Positions 19,379 through 29,600 of a DNA stretch of 64,000 nucleotides are shown here, in pieces (position 1 is the stretch's first letter; each line of letters begins with the position of its first letter). Position numbers and translations under genes: made by a program. The notes below the pieces were generated by a model. That model saw only the letters and a list, made by a program, of their open reading frames with translations. It had not been told where the DNA came from and did no database searches. The DNA is from an uncultured Holophagales bacterium (lineage in GTDB: Bacteria > Acidobacteriota > Thermoanaerobaculia > Multivoradales > UBA5704): contig CAWJGT010000023.1 in assembly GCA_963842525.1 (NCBI GenBank), positions 224,001-288,000 on the forward strand. Direction: 5' to 3'.

Positions 19379-20356
19379 ATGAGCAAGACCGACGAGCCGG
19401 ACGTCGCCGGACGCGGCGCCTCGCGGCGCCGCACCCTGCGCGAGCAGAAGAGTCAAGAGGAGGCCCTGCGCTGGTTCCGGAAACCGGGAGTTCTCGTCTT
19501 CTTCGGTGCCCTCGCCCTCGCCGCCGCCGGATGGTGGCTCCTGATCCACGCCGCCCGGCGCCTGCCGGTCCAGGAGGCAACGATCGAAGGCGTCCACACG
19601 CGCCTCGACGATGCGCGCTGGGTCCTCGACCAGATGGACCATGGCGAGAACTTCAGGCAGCCGGCGGCGATGATGCCCGACATGCCGCAGCTCGGCCAGC
19701 AGCGCGTCACCATGTACCTGGCGCTCCAGAACCGCGCCGACGAGCTCCGGGAGTACCGCGGCGAGGAGTTCTTCCTCGTCCCCGAGATCGGCGACGAGCT
19801 GCCGCCGTACGGCGCGGTGATCGGGCAGGCCAGCCTGGAGCCCGGGCAGACCATCAACACCGCGATCCATTTCGACGTCGAGACCAGCAAGCCCCACGGC
19901 AGGCTGCTCATGGAGTGGCGCCGCGCGGGCAAGACGGCATACTTCCCCGTCCCCGAGCCTGCCGAGCACTTCCACCTGCGGCCGCGGGGCGGCGCCGACC
20001 TGCCGCCCGACGCGCGGCTGCTGCTGCCGATCGGCAAGGCGGGCCGGGGAGCGCGGCTCTACGCCGGGACCTACGGCTGCGCCGCCTGCCACGGCGACCC
20101 CGAGGTGCCCGACAGCAACAACATCGGCCCTCACCTGGGGCAGATCGGCGCCGTGGCCGCCGGCCGGGTCAAGGACCTTCGGCCCGAGCAGTACATCTAC
20201 GAGTCGATCATCGAACCCGGCGCCTTCATCGCTCCCGATTGCAAGGACGGCATACCCTGCGAGGCGCCCACCGCGATGCCCGAGTACTCCAGCCTGGTGA
20301 CCGTGCAGGACGCCGCGGACCTGCTGGCCTATCTGCTCGAGCTGCGAGGGAGCTGA
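19379..20356 (+). CDS. Membrane-anchored cytochrome c with an Ig-like middle domain
   Basis: N-terminal TM helix, CAACH haem motif, IGPHL, YIYESIIEP, AMP axial Met. Confidence 0.8.
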   Translation: MSKTDEPDVAGRGASRRRTLREQKSQEEALRWFRKPGVLVFFGALALAAAGWWLLIHAARRLPVQEATIEGVHTRLDDARWVLDQMDHGENFRQPAAMMPDMPQLGQQRVTMYLALQNRADELREYRGEEFFLVPEIGDELPPYGAVIGQASLEPGQTINTAIHFDVETSKPHGRLLMEWRRAGKTAYFPVPEPAEHFHLRPRGGADLPPDARLLLPIGKAGRGARLYAGTYGCAACHGDPEVPDSNNIGPHLGQIGAVAAGRVKDLRPEQYIYESIIEPGAFIAPDCKDGIPCEAPTAMPEYSSLVTVQDAADLLAYLLELRGS

Positions 20357-20393
20357 GCCGCAATGTGATCGATTCCTGGAGAGGAGCTGTCTG

Positions 20394-23249
20394 ATGCGTG
20401 CCGGAAGCTCGTTCCTGCTGGCCCTCACCCTGCTCGGCCCCGCACCTTCCCTGGGGCTCACGCCGCGCCTCGTCAAGGACATCAACACGATCCCGGTTCC
20501 CCAGGGCTCCTTTCCGCAGGGATACGCGAGGGTCGGCGGGCTGGCGTTCTTTGCCGCGGATGACGGGGTCAGCGGGACCGAGATGTGGCGCACGGACGGC
20601 ACCGTGGCCGGGACGTTCCAGGTCGCCGACGCCTGCCCGGGGGACTGCAGCAGCCGGCCCGTCATCGTGGCGCGCACCGAGGGGGCCGTGTTCTTTCGGG
20701 CCTTCGGACGCGGCTTCGGCCCTGTGGACCTGTGGGTGACGGACGGCTCGCCGGCGGGCACGCTCCGCCTCGCCGGGCCTCTCCTCCTTCCTGATTCCGG
20801 CCGCCGCAGCCTCTGGATCGCCAGCCGGGGCCTGTTCTATTTCACCGCCAACGACCTCGGCCTCGGCCAGGGCCTGGAGCTCTGGCGGTCCGACGGGACT
20901 CCCGCCGGAACGTTCCAGGTGGAGGATCTGGCACCGGGGCCCGCTGGCTCCGATCCTGACGAGCTGACCGAGCTCGAAGGCCGCCTCTTCTTCCGCGCCA
21001 ACGACGGCGAGCACGGGCCCGCGCTTTGGACGAGCGACGGCACGGCCCAGGGCACGCGGCTGGTGCGCGACCCGCGGCCGGGCACGGCTTCGCACCTCGG
21101 GCCGTTCCTGCTCCGCGCCGTGGGCAAGACCCTCTTCTTCGTCGCTCCGGTGGCGCGGCGCCGCGATGCGCTGTGGACGAGCGACGGCACCCCCGCCGGG
21201 ACCTCGCCGCTGATCGACTTCCCCACCTCCCCGGCGGCGCCGGCCTTCCTCGACGCCGCCGTCCTCGGAAACCGGCTCCTGTTCGTGGCGCTCGATCCGG
21301 GAAGAGGGCACGAGCTGTGGGCGTCGAACGGAACGAAGAACGGCACCCGGCCGCTGACCCGTTTCACCCTCACCTCCCCGTTCTTGCCCCTCAGCAGCTC
21401 CAACAGCCGGCTGCTGCCCCAGACACCCCTCGGAAGCACCATGATCTTCCGCGCCAATGACGGCGTGCACGGCGTGGAGCCCTGGATCACGAACGGCCTG
21501 CCCGGCGGCACCCGCCTGCTCCGCGACATCTGCCCCGGCCCCTGCCTCGGCGCGATCTCGACGGACGACGCCGGCGTCGCCAGCACCGCGGCCGGCAACC
21601 GCCTCTTCTTCTCCGGCAGAAATGTCGGGCGGGGCACCGAGCTCTGGGCGACCGACGGTACGGCACCCGGCACCCGCCTGGTTCGCGATCTCTGCCGGGG
21701 GAGCTGCAGCTCCGAGCCCGTCGCCCTGCATGCCGGAGACGGAGCGGTGTTCCTGCTGGGCCGCAGCGGCCAGAACGTCCTCCAGCTCTGGCGCTCGGAC
21801 GGCACCTCGCAGGGCACGGTCCGGCTCACGGGCTTCCAGCAGTCCACCGCCCTCGCCGGCCCTTCCCAGGGTGTTCCCCTGGGAGGCGCCTTCCTGTTCA
21901 GCGCCGCTGACGAAGACCATGGCCGGGAGCTGTGGAGGAGCGACGGCACGCCCCAGGGCACCGGGCTTTTCCTGGACTTGAACCCGGAGGACTTCGGCGG
22001 CTCGTTCCCCACGCAGATGCGCGTGGCCGCGGGCAAGGCCTGGTTCTTCGCCGATGACGGCATCCACGGCTTCGAGCTGTGGACGAGCGACGGCACCGAA
22101 GCGGGAACGGTCCTGGTCGATGAGCTCACCCCGGGAGAAGGGCCGGAGGCTCCCCCGGACTTCGCAAGCGCCACCGAGCTCGCGGGCAGGGTTTTCTTCC
22201 TGGTCCGCCTCTCCGAGCCGAGCTTCTCGCTGTGGCGATCGGAAGGCATCCCGGGCAGCGCTGTGCGGCTGACGCCTCCGGATCTGCAGATCCTCGCCCT
22301 CGAGCCCCTCCGTGCCGCCGCCGGCCGGGTGTTCTTCGTCGCCGCCGGCGCGGAGCACGGCGAAGAGCTGTGGACGAGCGACGGCACCGTCGAAGGCACC
22401 CGGCCGGCGGCGGACCTCGAGCCGGGGGGTCAGGGGTCGCAGCCGCGGAGCCTGGCGGTGTTCGAGGACCGGCTCTACTTCACCGCCACCGTGGGAGAGA
22501 CCGGCCGCGAGCTGTGGGCGAGCGACGGCACCGAGGCAGGGACCGTCCTCGTCAAGGACATCGATCCGCGGCCGGCCCTCGGGTCCGAGCCCCAGCTCCT
22601 GACGCCGCACGCCGGCCGGCTCTATTTCCCCGCCGCCGACCAGGAGCACGGCCGGGAGCTGTGGAGCACCGACGGCACGGAGGCCGGCACCACCCTCGCC
22701 GCCGAGATCACGCCGGGGCCCAACGGCGTCCTGATGACCCACCTCGTCTCAACCGGCCCCCACCTCTTCTTCTCCGGCGGCCCCGCCGGCATCTCGCAAC
22801 AGGGCCTGTGGGTCAGCGACGGCACCGCCGCCGGCACCCACCGGCTCAGCCAGAAGCCGATCCATATCGACACCCGGGAGATCGGAGCCCCGAGCGCATT
22901 CGACGGCCAGTTCTACTTCGCATCCGACAGCGACGAGATCCTCTGGAGCAGCGACGGCACCGAGGACGGGACCGGGCCGCTCCTCGACGCCGAGGGCTTC
23001 GAGATCGACGAGCCCGAGGCCTTCCATGCCTTTGACGGCCGCCTCTTCTTCACCACCGGCCTCACCAGCCTTCTCTACCAGACCGATGGCACGCCGGAGG
23101 GGACGGCCGTGGTCCACGGGCTGGCGTCGCCTTTCGAGCTCGGCGGCGAGTCCGCTTCGTTCGAGCTGGTCACCATCGGTGGCCGCCTGCTCTTCCGCGC
23201 CTGGCAGCGGGCGACGGGCTCGGAGCTGTGGGCGCTGGACGCCGAGTAG
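20394..23249 (+). CDS. ELWxxDGT repeat (beta-propeller) secreted protein
   Basis: About 19 (E/A)LWxSDGT-type repeats; signal peptide. Confidence 0.92.
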   Translation: MRAGSSFLLALTLLGPAPSLGLTPRLVKDINTIPVPQGSFPQGYARVGGLAFFAADDGVSGTEMWRTDGTVAGTFQVADACPGDCSSRPVIVARTEGAVFFRAFGRGFGPVDLWVTDGSPAGTLRLAGPLLLPDSGRRSLWIASRGLFYFTANDLGLGQGLELWRSDGTPAGTFQVEDLAPGPAGSDPDELTELEGRLFFRANDGEHGPALWTSDGTAQGTRLVRDPRPGTASHLGPFLLRAVGKTLFFVAPVARRRDALWTSDGTPAGTSPLIDFPTSPAAPAFLDAAVLGNRLLFVALDPGRGHELWASNGTKNGTRPLTRFTLTSPFLPLSSSNSRLLPQTPLGSTMIFRANDGVHGVEPWITNGLPGGTRLLRDICPGPCLGAISTDDAGVASTAAGNRLFFSGRNVGRGTELWATDGTAPGTRLVRDLCRGSCSSEPVALHAGDGAVFLLGRSGQNVLQLWRSDGTSQGTVRLTGFQQSTALAGPSQGVPLGGAFLFSAADEDHGRELWRSDGTPQGTGLFLDLNPEDFGGSFPTQMRVAAGKAWFFADDGIHGFELWTSDGTEAGTVLVDELTPGEGPEAPPDFASATELAGRVFFLVRLSEPSFSLWRSEGIPGSAVRLTPPDLQILALEPLRAAAGRVFFVAAGAEHGEELWTSDGTVEGTRPAADLEPGGQGSQPRSLAVFEDRLYFTATVGETGRELWASDGTEAGTVLVKDIDPRPALGSEPQLLTPHAGRLYFPAADQEHGRELWSTDGTEAGTTLAAEITPGPNGVLMTHLVSTGPHLFFSGGPAGISQQGLWVSDGTAAGTHRLSQKPIHIDTREIGAPSAFDGQFYFASDSDEILWSSDGTEDGTGPLLDAEGFEIDEPEAFHAFDGRLFFTTGLTSLLYQTDGTPEGTAVVHGLASPFELGGESASFELVTIGGRLLFRAWQRATGSELWALDAE

Positions 23250-23289
23250 CGCAGACGCCTACCCGGCCCGAGTCATGTAGAATGGAAAC

Positions 23290-23612
23290 ATGGAAGAGAG
23301 ACAAGTTATCCATCTCTTGGTCGACGAGCTCCCTGATGACGAACTGGCAGCGGCTAAGCGCTTCCTTGAGTACCTTCGATTCCGCAGTACGGATCCCCTA
23401 CGCGTGTTCCTCGATGAGGCCCCCTTAGACGACGAGCCGGTGACTGAGGAGGATCGGGCCGTGATCCGCGAAGGCCTTGCCGAGAAGGCGAGAGGGGAAG
23501 TTGTTTCCCAGGAGGAAGCCGAACGTCTCCTCCTGCAGAGTGGACCAAGCGAGCCCTCAAAGAGGCCGCACGCTTGGATTCCACAACTCGGCAAAGGGTT
23601 CTCGCTCGCCCC
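23290..23612 (+). pseudogene. Antitoxin-like gene followed by a truncated RelE/ParE-like toxin fragment
   Basis: LVDELPDDEL...APLDDEP...IREGLAEKARGEVVS; another frame from 23538 reads EWTKRALKEAARLDSTTRQRVL and then breaks off. Confidence 0.55.
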
Positions 23613-23702
23613 AGAGGGGACGCTTACAAGGAGTAGATCTCCTGCCGCAGCATCAACCTTGCGATCCACAATCATTCACTCCCACCATCCTGAGTCCTTG
23701 CC

Positions 23703-23833
23703 GCCGAACGGAGTATGAGTTCAGCGGCGACACCCTGCTGGGCCGCCAAACGAAGCCACAGATGGTGGACGCCAGACGCGACGACGCCACAAGATCTCAC
23801 CAGGGTGTTGTCCGCTGCAACGAGGGGTTAGGC
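23703..23833 (-). mobile_element. Integron attC recombination site
   Basis: Minus strand: R'' GCCTAAC, L'' GTTGCAGC (extra G), stem GGACAACACCCTG...CAGGGTGTCGCC, L' GCTGAAC, R' GTTCGGC. Confidence 0.85.
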
Positions 23834-23890
23834 GTCGCACCGATAGCGTTGGAAATGGATTCTGCGCGAGCGGGCCCGCGGTGGCGAGGA

Positions 23891-24286
23891 CTACTGCAGC
23901 GCGAGTGCAGCAACCAGAATGAACGAGCCGAGCGCAATCGAGGCTATCGCGATGACCTTGAGGTAGCGAAGAGCCTGAGGGACTGTACGTTGGGCGAAGC
24001 GATGATGCCAACGCCAAGGCACAGCCAAGAGGACGACGGTCGTGGCTACCAGAACCCAACCGAAGGAATTGAAGATGAAGGAGTACTGCATCTGCGGCGC
24101 GCGAAGGATGAATGCTGTTCCAACCGTCAGGCGAATGAAGAGCTCGAGGTAGTGGAGAGAGGGACTGGCTGCGTGCCCCAGTAGAAAGCGAGAGCCCAGA
24201 ACGGGTGAGGCCAGGGACACCACGGCGAGCGCGAGGAAGTAGCAGCCTGTTATGACGACAACGAGAAGTGCGGCAGAGTCAACCAT
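23891..24286 (-). CDS. Four-TM small membrane protein carried in an integron gene cassette
   Basis: AGGAAAGG RBS, 131 aa, hydrophobic, visibly lower GC; bounded by GTTAGGC (24338-24344, minus strand) and the attC. Confidence 0.7.
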   Translation of the reverse strand: MVDSAALLVVVITGCYFLALAVVSLASPVLGSRFLLGHAASPSLHYLELFIRLTVGTAFILRAPQMQYSFIFNSFGWVLVATTVVLLAVPWRWHHRFAQRTVPQALRYLKVIAIASIALGSFILVAALALQ

Positions 24287-24454
24287 CTTGCCTTTCCTAA
24301 AAGCGATGTCTGGGGTGCAGCGGCCGTACCGAGCGACGCCTAACTGTAGGCTTCTCCGTAGCCGAAGAGCGTCGTATAAGCTCTCCAGGGTTGTCGCAAA
24401 AGCATCGGCAGGAGCCAGGCCTTGACTCTCGAAGCCCCTGGGCGAAGAGTTTCT

Positions 24455-24569
24455 CCCTGGGACCGCGGGCGTCTCGCCCGCTCTCTCCTCACGCTCGGGC
24501 CGCGTCGGGTTAGCGGCAACGCCGCGGTCGATGAAAGTTTGTGCGGGCGAGACGCCCGCGGTCCCAGGG
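24455..24569. repeat. REP-like inverted repeat pair
   Basis: Perfect 27-bp IR CCCTGGGACCGCGGGCGTCTCGCCCGC / GCGGGCGAGACGCCCGCGGTCCCAGGG; a related arm lies at about 48632-48655. Confidence 0.75.
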
Positions 24570-24670
24570 GGCCCCCACCACGCCCAGAATACCCCTGGCC
24601 TGATACGATGCATGATTCGTCAACACGAAAACCTGCCGCCTGCCTTTTCTCGATCCTGGCGATTTCGGGC

Positions 24671-24700
24671 TTGACAGCCGGGAGCGAGCCTCTCTACAAT
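24671..24700 (+). promoter_or_regulatory. Sigma70-type promoter
   Basis: TTGACA-N18-TACAAT, 180 nt upstream of the 24881 start. Confidence 0.6.
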
Positions 24701-24880
24701 GTAGGCGGTATCAAGGCAGTAACTCGGAAGGGAGGTGGCCGGACAGGAAAGCCAAGAGAGCGTGAAGCGGTGCCGTCGTGTTCTCGCCGGCCGTGCGGTA
24801 TCACGGCTATCCCAAAAAGCGGCCCGGAGGTGAGTGGGAAGCTCACTCCCCGGACCTGACCCAACAAGGAGCGTCACTCC

Positions 24881-25423
24881 ATGAAGGGCTCTGAGAAGGA
24901 TAACACTCCGTCTGTCCCCGAAGTTTCGTCTTCGCAGTACATTCCCAATCCCCCCAATGCGTTCACCCCTGAGTTTCTGAAGCGGGTGGGCGAACGCGAT
25001 GAGCCTCTTACGGCGGGCGAGGCCGATATGGCCGGGCCGTGGCAGATCGAGGAGGTCCCCGGCTCCGGCTGGGGTTTGTTCCGCCTCGGCGAGAGCTCGG
25101 CCCGGCGGTTCCGGCCTTTTGCGGTGTTCCGCCGGCGGTCGGTGGCTCTGCTCGCCGCGGCCATCCTCCCCGGCACGGGCCGGGATGCGGCTTTCCGGCT
25201 GCAGGTCGATCCGGAGCTGGCCGGCTATGCCGTGGTCGGCAGCGGCGAGCTCGTCGGTCATCTGGCCCTCTTTGACGACCAGGTGATCGCCGGGCTGCAT
25301 GTGGCCGAGATGCTGGTGCGGTCGCCCGATTCCCTGGCCCGGCTGCTGGAGGCTGCCGGCGCGATTGCTCTGGAACGGGCCGGAGCGATTCTCGACCGGC
25401 AGGTTACCGGACCGGAAGGTTGA
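24881..25423 (+). CDS. Hypothetical protein
   Basis: AAGGAG RBS, 180-aa ORF with its own promoter and terminator. Confidence 0.65.
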   Translation: MKGSEKDNTPSVPEVSSSQYIPNPPNAFTPEFLKRVGERDEPLTAGEADMAGPWQIEEVPGSGWGLFRLGESSARRFRPFAVFRRRSVALLAAAILPGTGRDAAFRLQVDPELAGYAVVGSGELVGHLALFDDQVIAGLHVAEMLVRSPDSLARLLEAAGAIALERAGAILDRQVTGPEG

Positions 25424-25436
25424 CCTTATTTAGATA

Positions 25437-25471
25437 GGGGAGCGCGCAACCCGCGCTCCCCCCTCTCTCTT
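25437..25471 (+). terminator. Intrinsic terminator-like hairpin
   Basis: GGGGAGCGCG-caacc-CGCGCTCCCC followed by a pyrimidine tract. Confidence 0.6.
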
Positions 25472-25584
25472 CTCCCGCTCCGGCGGCCGACCAGCGCCAG
25501 CTCCGCAGAGCCAGTGCTCACGGCCATTTCTCCCGTCCCGGGACAACGGCGCCGTGCGGGCCGTTCAGTCGTCGCGATAGCCGG

Positions 25585-26484
25585 CTATTGCCCGCTGTTG
25601 AGCCCGGAGTGCGGCACCCCGTTCACCACCGTACGGAAGCCGATGTCCGAGATCCGGTCGATCTCCAGGAGCCAGTAGCGGTGGTAGGTGCGCAGGTAGG
25701 CGGGCTGCAACTGAAAGGCGCCGCCGCGCAGGATCTTTTCCCTGCTCTTTCCCAGGTTGACGGGATTCTTTTTCGGCGAGCTCGCGTAGAAGCCGGGGAG
25801 GTAGCTGTCCTCGCACCACTCCCAGACGTTGCCGGCCATGTTCATGGCGCCATAGGGTGAGGCGCCCTCCTGGCAGCAGTTCACCGGCGCGGTGGAGGTC
25901 AGCGACAGCGGGTGGCCTTCAAACATGGCGCGGTGAGGGGTCGGCTGATCGTTGCCCCACGGGAATTCGCGGCCGTCGGTGCCGCGGGCCGCTTTTTCCC
26001 ACTCCGCCTCGGTGGGCAGCCGCTTGCCGGCCCAGGCCGCGTACTTCTTCGCCTCGATCCAGGTGACGTGGACCACCGGGTGGGCGTTGCGCAGGCCCCA
26101 GTCCGGAGGATGGACGACGGGCTCGCGGACGTTGGGCACCGTGCGATAGGGCAGGCCCGAGGCTTTCCACTTGCGCCAGGAGACCTCGTACTTGTCGATG
26201 TAGAAACCGTCGAGCTCGACCGTGTGTGCCGGCTTCTCCCACTCCTGGCCCTGGTCGCTGCCCATGGTGAACGGCCCCGGCGGGACGTAGACCATGATCG
26301 AGCTGTCTTTCTGCCACACGTACTCGCCGGTCGTCGCGCCGCGTTCGAGCCCTTCCGGCAAAGCCTCTCCATACCAGCCCTTGCGCGGGGTTTGAGCCGG
26401 TGTTTGAGCCATAAGGGCCGGCGCGAAGACGGCGCAGAGGACGGCGGCGGCCAGGATCGACTTCAGACCCGATGCCTTGCACAT
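25585..26484 (-). CDS. Secreted formylglycine-generating enzyme (SUMF1/FGE-sulfatase) domain protein
   Basis: FTMGS, FYIDKYEV, HPVVHVTW.EA..YAAWAGKRLPTEAEWEKAARG, NMAGNVWEWC, RGG, IGFR. Confidence 0.9.
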   Translation of the reverse strand: MCKASGLKSILAAAVLCAVFAPALMAQTPAQTPRKGWYGEALPEGLERGATTGEYVWQKDSSIMVYVPPGPFTMGSDQGQEWEKPAHTVELDGFYIDKYEVSWRKWKASGLPYRTVPNVREPVVHPPDWGLRNAHPVVHVTWIEAKKYAAWAGKRLPTEAEWEKAARGTDGREFPWGNDQPTPHRAMFEGHPLSLTSTAPVNCCQEGASPYGAMNMAGNVWEWCEDSYLPGFYASSPKKNPVNLGKSREKILRGGAFQLQPAYLRTYHRYWLLEIDRISDIGFRTVVNGVPHSGLNSGQ

Positions 26485-26628
26485 CTCGGCTTCTCCTGCT
26501 GGTCAAACGGTGAAAACCCCCGCCGGGCTTGCCCGGCGGAGGCAGTGATCGAGAATCGAAATCGATAACCGAGGCCCGGGTGCCGGAGCACCCGGGTCGT
26601 ACGGCTGCAACAACGGACGATCGGGCGT

Positions 26629-29600
26629 CTACTGCCGCTCGTTCTCGTCCGCCTCCATCTCCTCGAGCTCCGCGAACTCCTGCTCGAACTGCACCTTCAG
26701 GTCGCGCCCGCGCAGGATCTCCTGCGCCGCTTCCTGCAGCCTCTGCGTCCGTTCGGTCACCAGGCCCGCGGTGGGACCGCTCGCCACGCCGCCGCCCGGC
26801 GACTGGAAGCAGACCTGCCTCGGGGCCGTGGCGCCGAGGTCGAACTGCCAACGGCCGTTGCCACGGTTGACCTGGGCATTGCCCAGGCGCTGGCCGGTGC
26901 ACCTGCCTTTGGCTGCGGCGCCGCCGAACACCGCGAGGCGCCCGACGGTGTCGCCGGCGGGCTTGGGGCTGACGACGCCGCGCACAGTCGTCCTGCCGCC
27001 CTTGGCCTCGACGGCGGTGACGGTGATGACGTCGGTTGCGACGAGGGCGCCGCCGGCACCCGGGTCGGTCACCCGCAGGATGTTCCACAGGCCGGTCTGG
27101 AGGAAGTTCTGCGAGCGTTCCAGGAACAGGTAGTCCCCGGGCGCCTGCAGGTCACCCCCGGCGCCGCCGATGTACTCCATGTTGAGCGTCATGCCCGGAG
27201 CCAGCACGTCGTTCCACAGCACCTCCGAGCCGGGCATGCCGGGCTCCTGGAGGTAGCGGTGGCCTTCGACGGTCGGCAGGTGGGGCGTCTCGGCCCAGGG
27301 TACACCGGCGCGGTAGATGAGGGACGCCCCCTTCGGCACGGTGACGACGTGCCGCGGGTCGCCAAAGAGTGCGGTGCGGAAGACGTTGGCCGGGTCTGCG
27401 ATGAAGTTGCGCAGGGACCACGGCTCGTTGCTGTAGCTGACCGAGTTGGTGAACTCGGGTTGGGGTGGATAGGGCATGCGGTCCTGGTTCATCTCGTCCT
27501 CGGCGTCCATGAACAAGGCCACGAACTCGCGGGTGGCGAGCCCGTCCTTGACGATGTCCGCCTGGATGCCGACGCCGCCGCCCGGCAGCGGATTGAGCGT
27601 GCCCGGGCTGCGGTAGGTCGAGCCTTCCGGCTCGACCACGACGCCGCCCCAGGCGCCCACGGCGAGCGAGTCGGAGTCCGCCAGGTTGAGCGCCAGGGTG
27701 AGGCCGAGGTCCTTGTCGGCGTAGTACTCGTAGGTCCGCGTCGAGCCCGGCCCCACCGTCGAGTCGTAGTTGAGCCCGATGGCGGCGCCATAGGAACGCT
27801 GCGGATCGAAGAGCAGCTCGCCGACGCTGAACCCCGACCGCCTGCTGGTGCGCAGGTTGGTCAGGTTGACTTGCAGGCACTGGCCCTTGTTGACGCGCAC
27901 GACGATCGGCGTACGGGTGTTGGTGATCGGATCGCCATTGAGGAAGTAGGCGACGCCGGCCTGGCCGGGCAGCGCGTCGTTGTAGATGATCGAGGTGTCG
28001 GCGATGGACAGGTTGTAGGTCTTCCTGGTCGCACCTGCCGGGCAGGCGTCGCCCGGTCCGTCGGCCAGCGACGTCGGAGGCGGACCAGGCGGGTCAGGCG
28101 CGCCGGCTGCCGCGGTGAACGCCGGGAACCCCGACGAGCCGTTGGGGTATCCGAACCCCGGCAGCGGCTTCAGGTCTCCCTTCTGCTGGTCGTAGACCCG
28201 CAGCAGGCCCCAGGCTCCGGCCTCGAAGTCCCTTGCGAGGGTGGAGTAGTACATGTAGTCGCCGGGGTACTTCTTGGGCCCGCCGGCGCCTCCCTCGAGC
28301 GAGAAGTCGTAGCGTTCGGAGATGCCGAGGAAGGTGGTGTCGCGCAGGTCCGAATTCGCGTTGTAGCGTTCGATGTTGAAGCGGTGCCCGGTCACCCGGA
28401 TGCCGCCCACCTTCTCGATCAGGCCCATGCCGCGGAAGACCACCGGGTCGCCCGCGTAGGCCCTCACCTCCTGGGTGAACGGATCCCCGTGCGTGACCGA
28501 CGAGAACCGGTAGGCCGCGTCGCCCGGACGCAGCGACCAGGGCTCGGCGCGCAGGTTGATGGTGCCGCCGCCGAGGTCGAAGCCGCCGACGACGGGGTTC
28601 TGGTTGTGGACGAAGGCCATGAACTCGCGGAACGAGCCGTTGACGCCCGCGGCCACCGGCTTGCCGCCGAAGAACGGGTTGACGTGGATGTCGGCGAGAG
28701 TCCCGGCACGGATCTCGTCACCGGTGACCGGGTCGTGATAGGTCGAGCCCTTCGGCTCCACGATGTGGGCCCCGAACAGGCCGTGATCCCAGTCCTTGCT
28801 CTCGACGTGGGTGTGGAAGAAGACCGTGCCGAAGTCGACGTCCGAATACCAGTTGTAGCGGACGAACTCGACGCCCACCGCCTCGCCGATGTCGTGGTCC
28901 AGCAGCAACGGCAGGTTGAGCGTAATGGTATCTGTCCCCGTGATCCCGGTGATCTTGCGGATCTCGGTACAGGGGAACGGCTGGCCCAGGATGCTGCCGC
29001 AGGTGCCTTCGCCGAGGCCGATGCCGATCCAGATGCCCACCCGCAGGTTGGTGACGTTGGTCACCTTGAGGGTCGAGCTGAACTGGTCCGCATCCTGGGT
29101 CAGCGTGCGGTTCTCGGTCGCGTACGGGCGCACCGACTGCTCGTAGGAGAAGCCGGTGATCACGCCGTCCGAGGCCTGCGTGTCGAACTGCACGAAGTGG
29201 CTGTGGATGTTGACCTTCGACCAGTTGTTGTTGAGGCCCGAGTCGGCGATCTCGTTGGTGAAGATGATCTCCACGCAGTCCCCGACGTTCGAGCGGATGG
29301 CCAGCGGCTCCCGGGGCTTCGTGGGAGGATTGGCCAGGATGGCGTCCTTGTGCTCGTTGAGCACGAAGAGCATGCCGTCCGGGTCCGTCTTCGACGGCCT
29401 GCCTGGAGGCGTCGCCTTCGTCACGTCGATGTCCAGCTTGACGGCGCTCACCGGATAGAACCGCTGCGCCTTCAAGCCGACGAACACATTGGGATGGACG
29501 AGGTTGTTGGCGCACAGGCCGTCGTAGCGGCCCGGGATCATCTGCTCGCCGAGCCAGGGGGACCCGGAGTGGCGCGCCGTGAAGGGAGGTCGCTGGGCCG

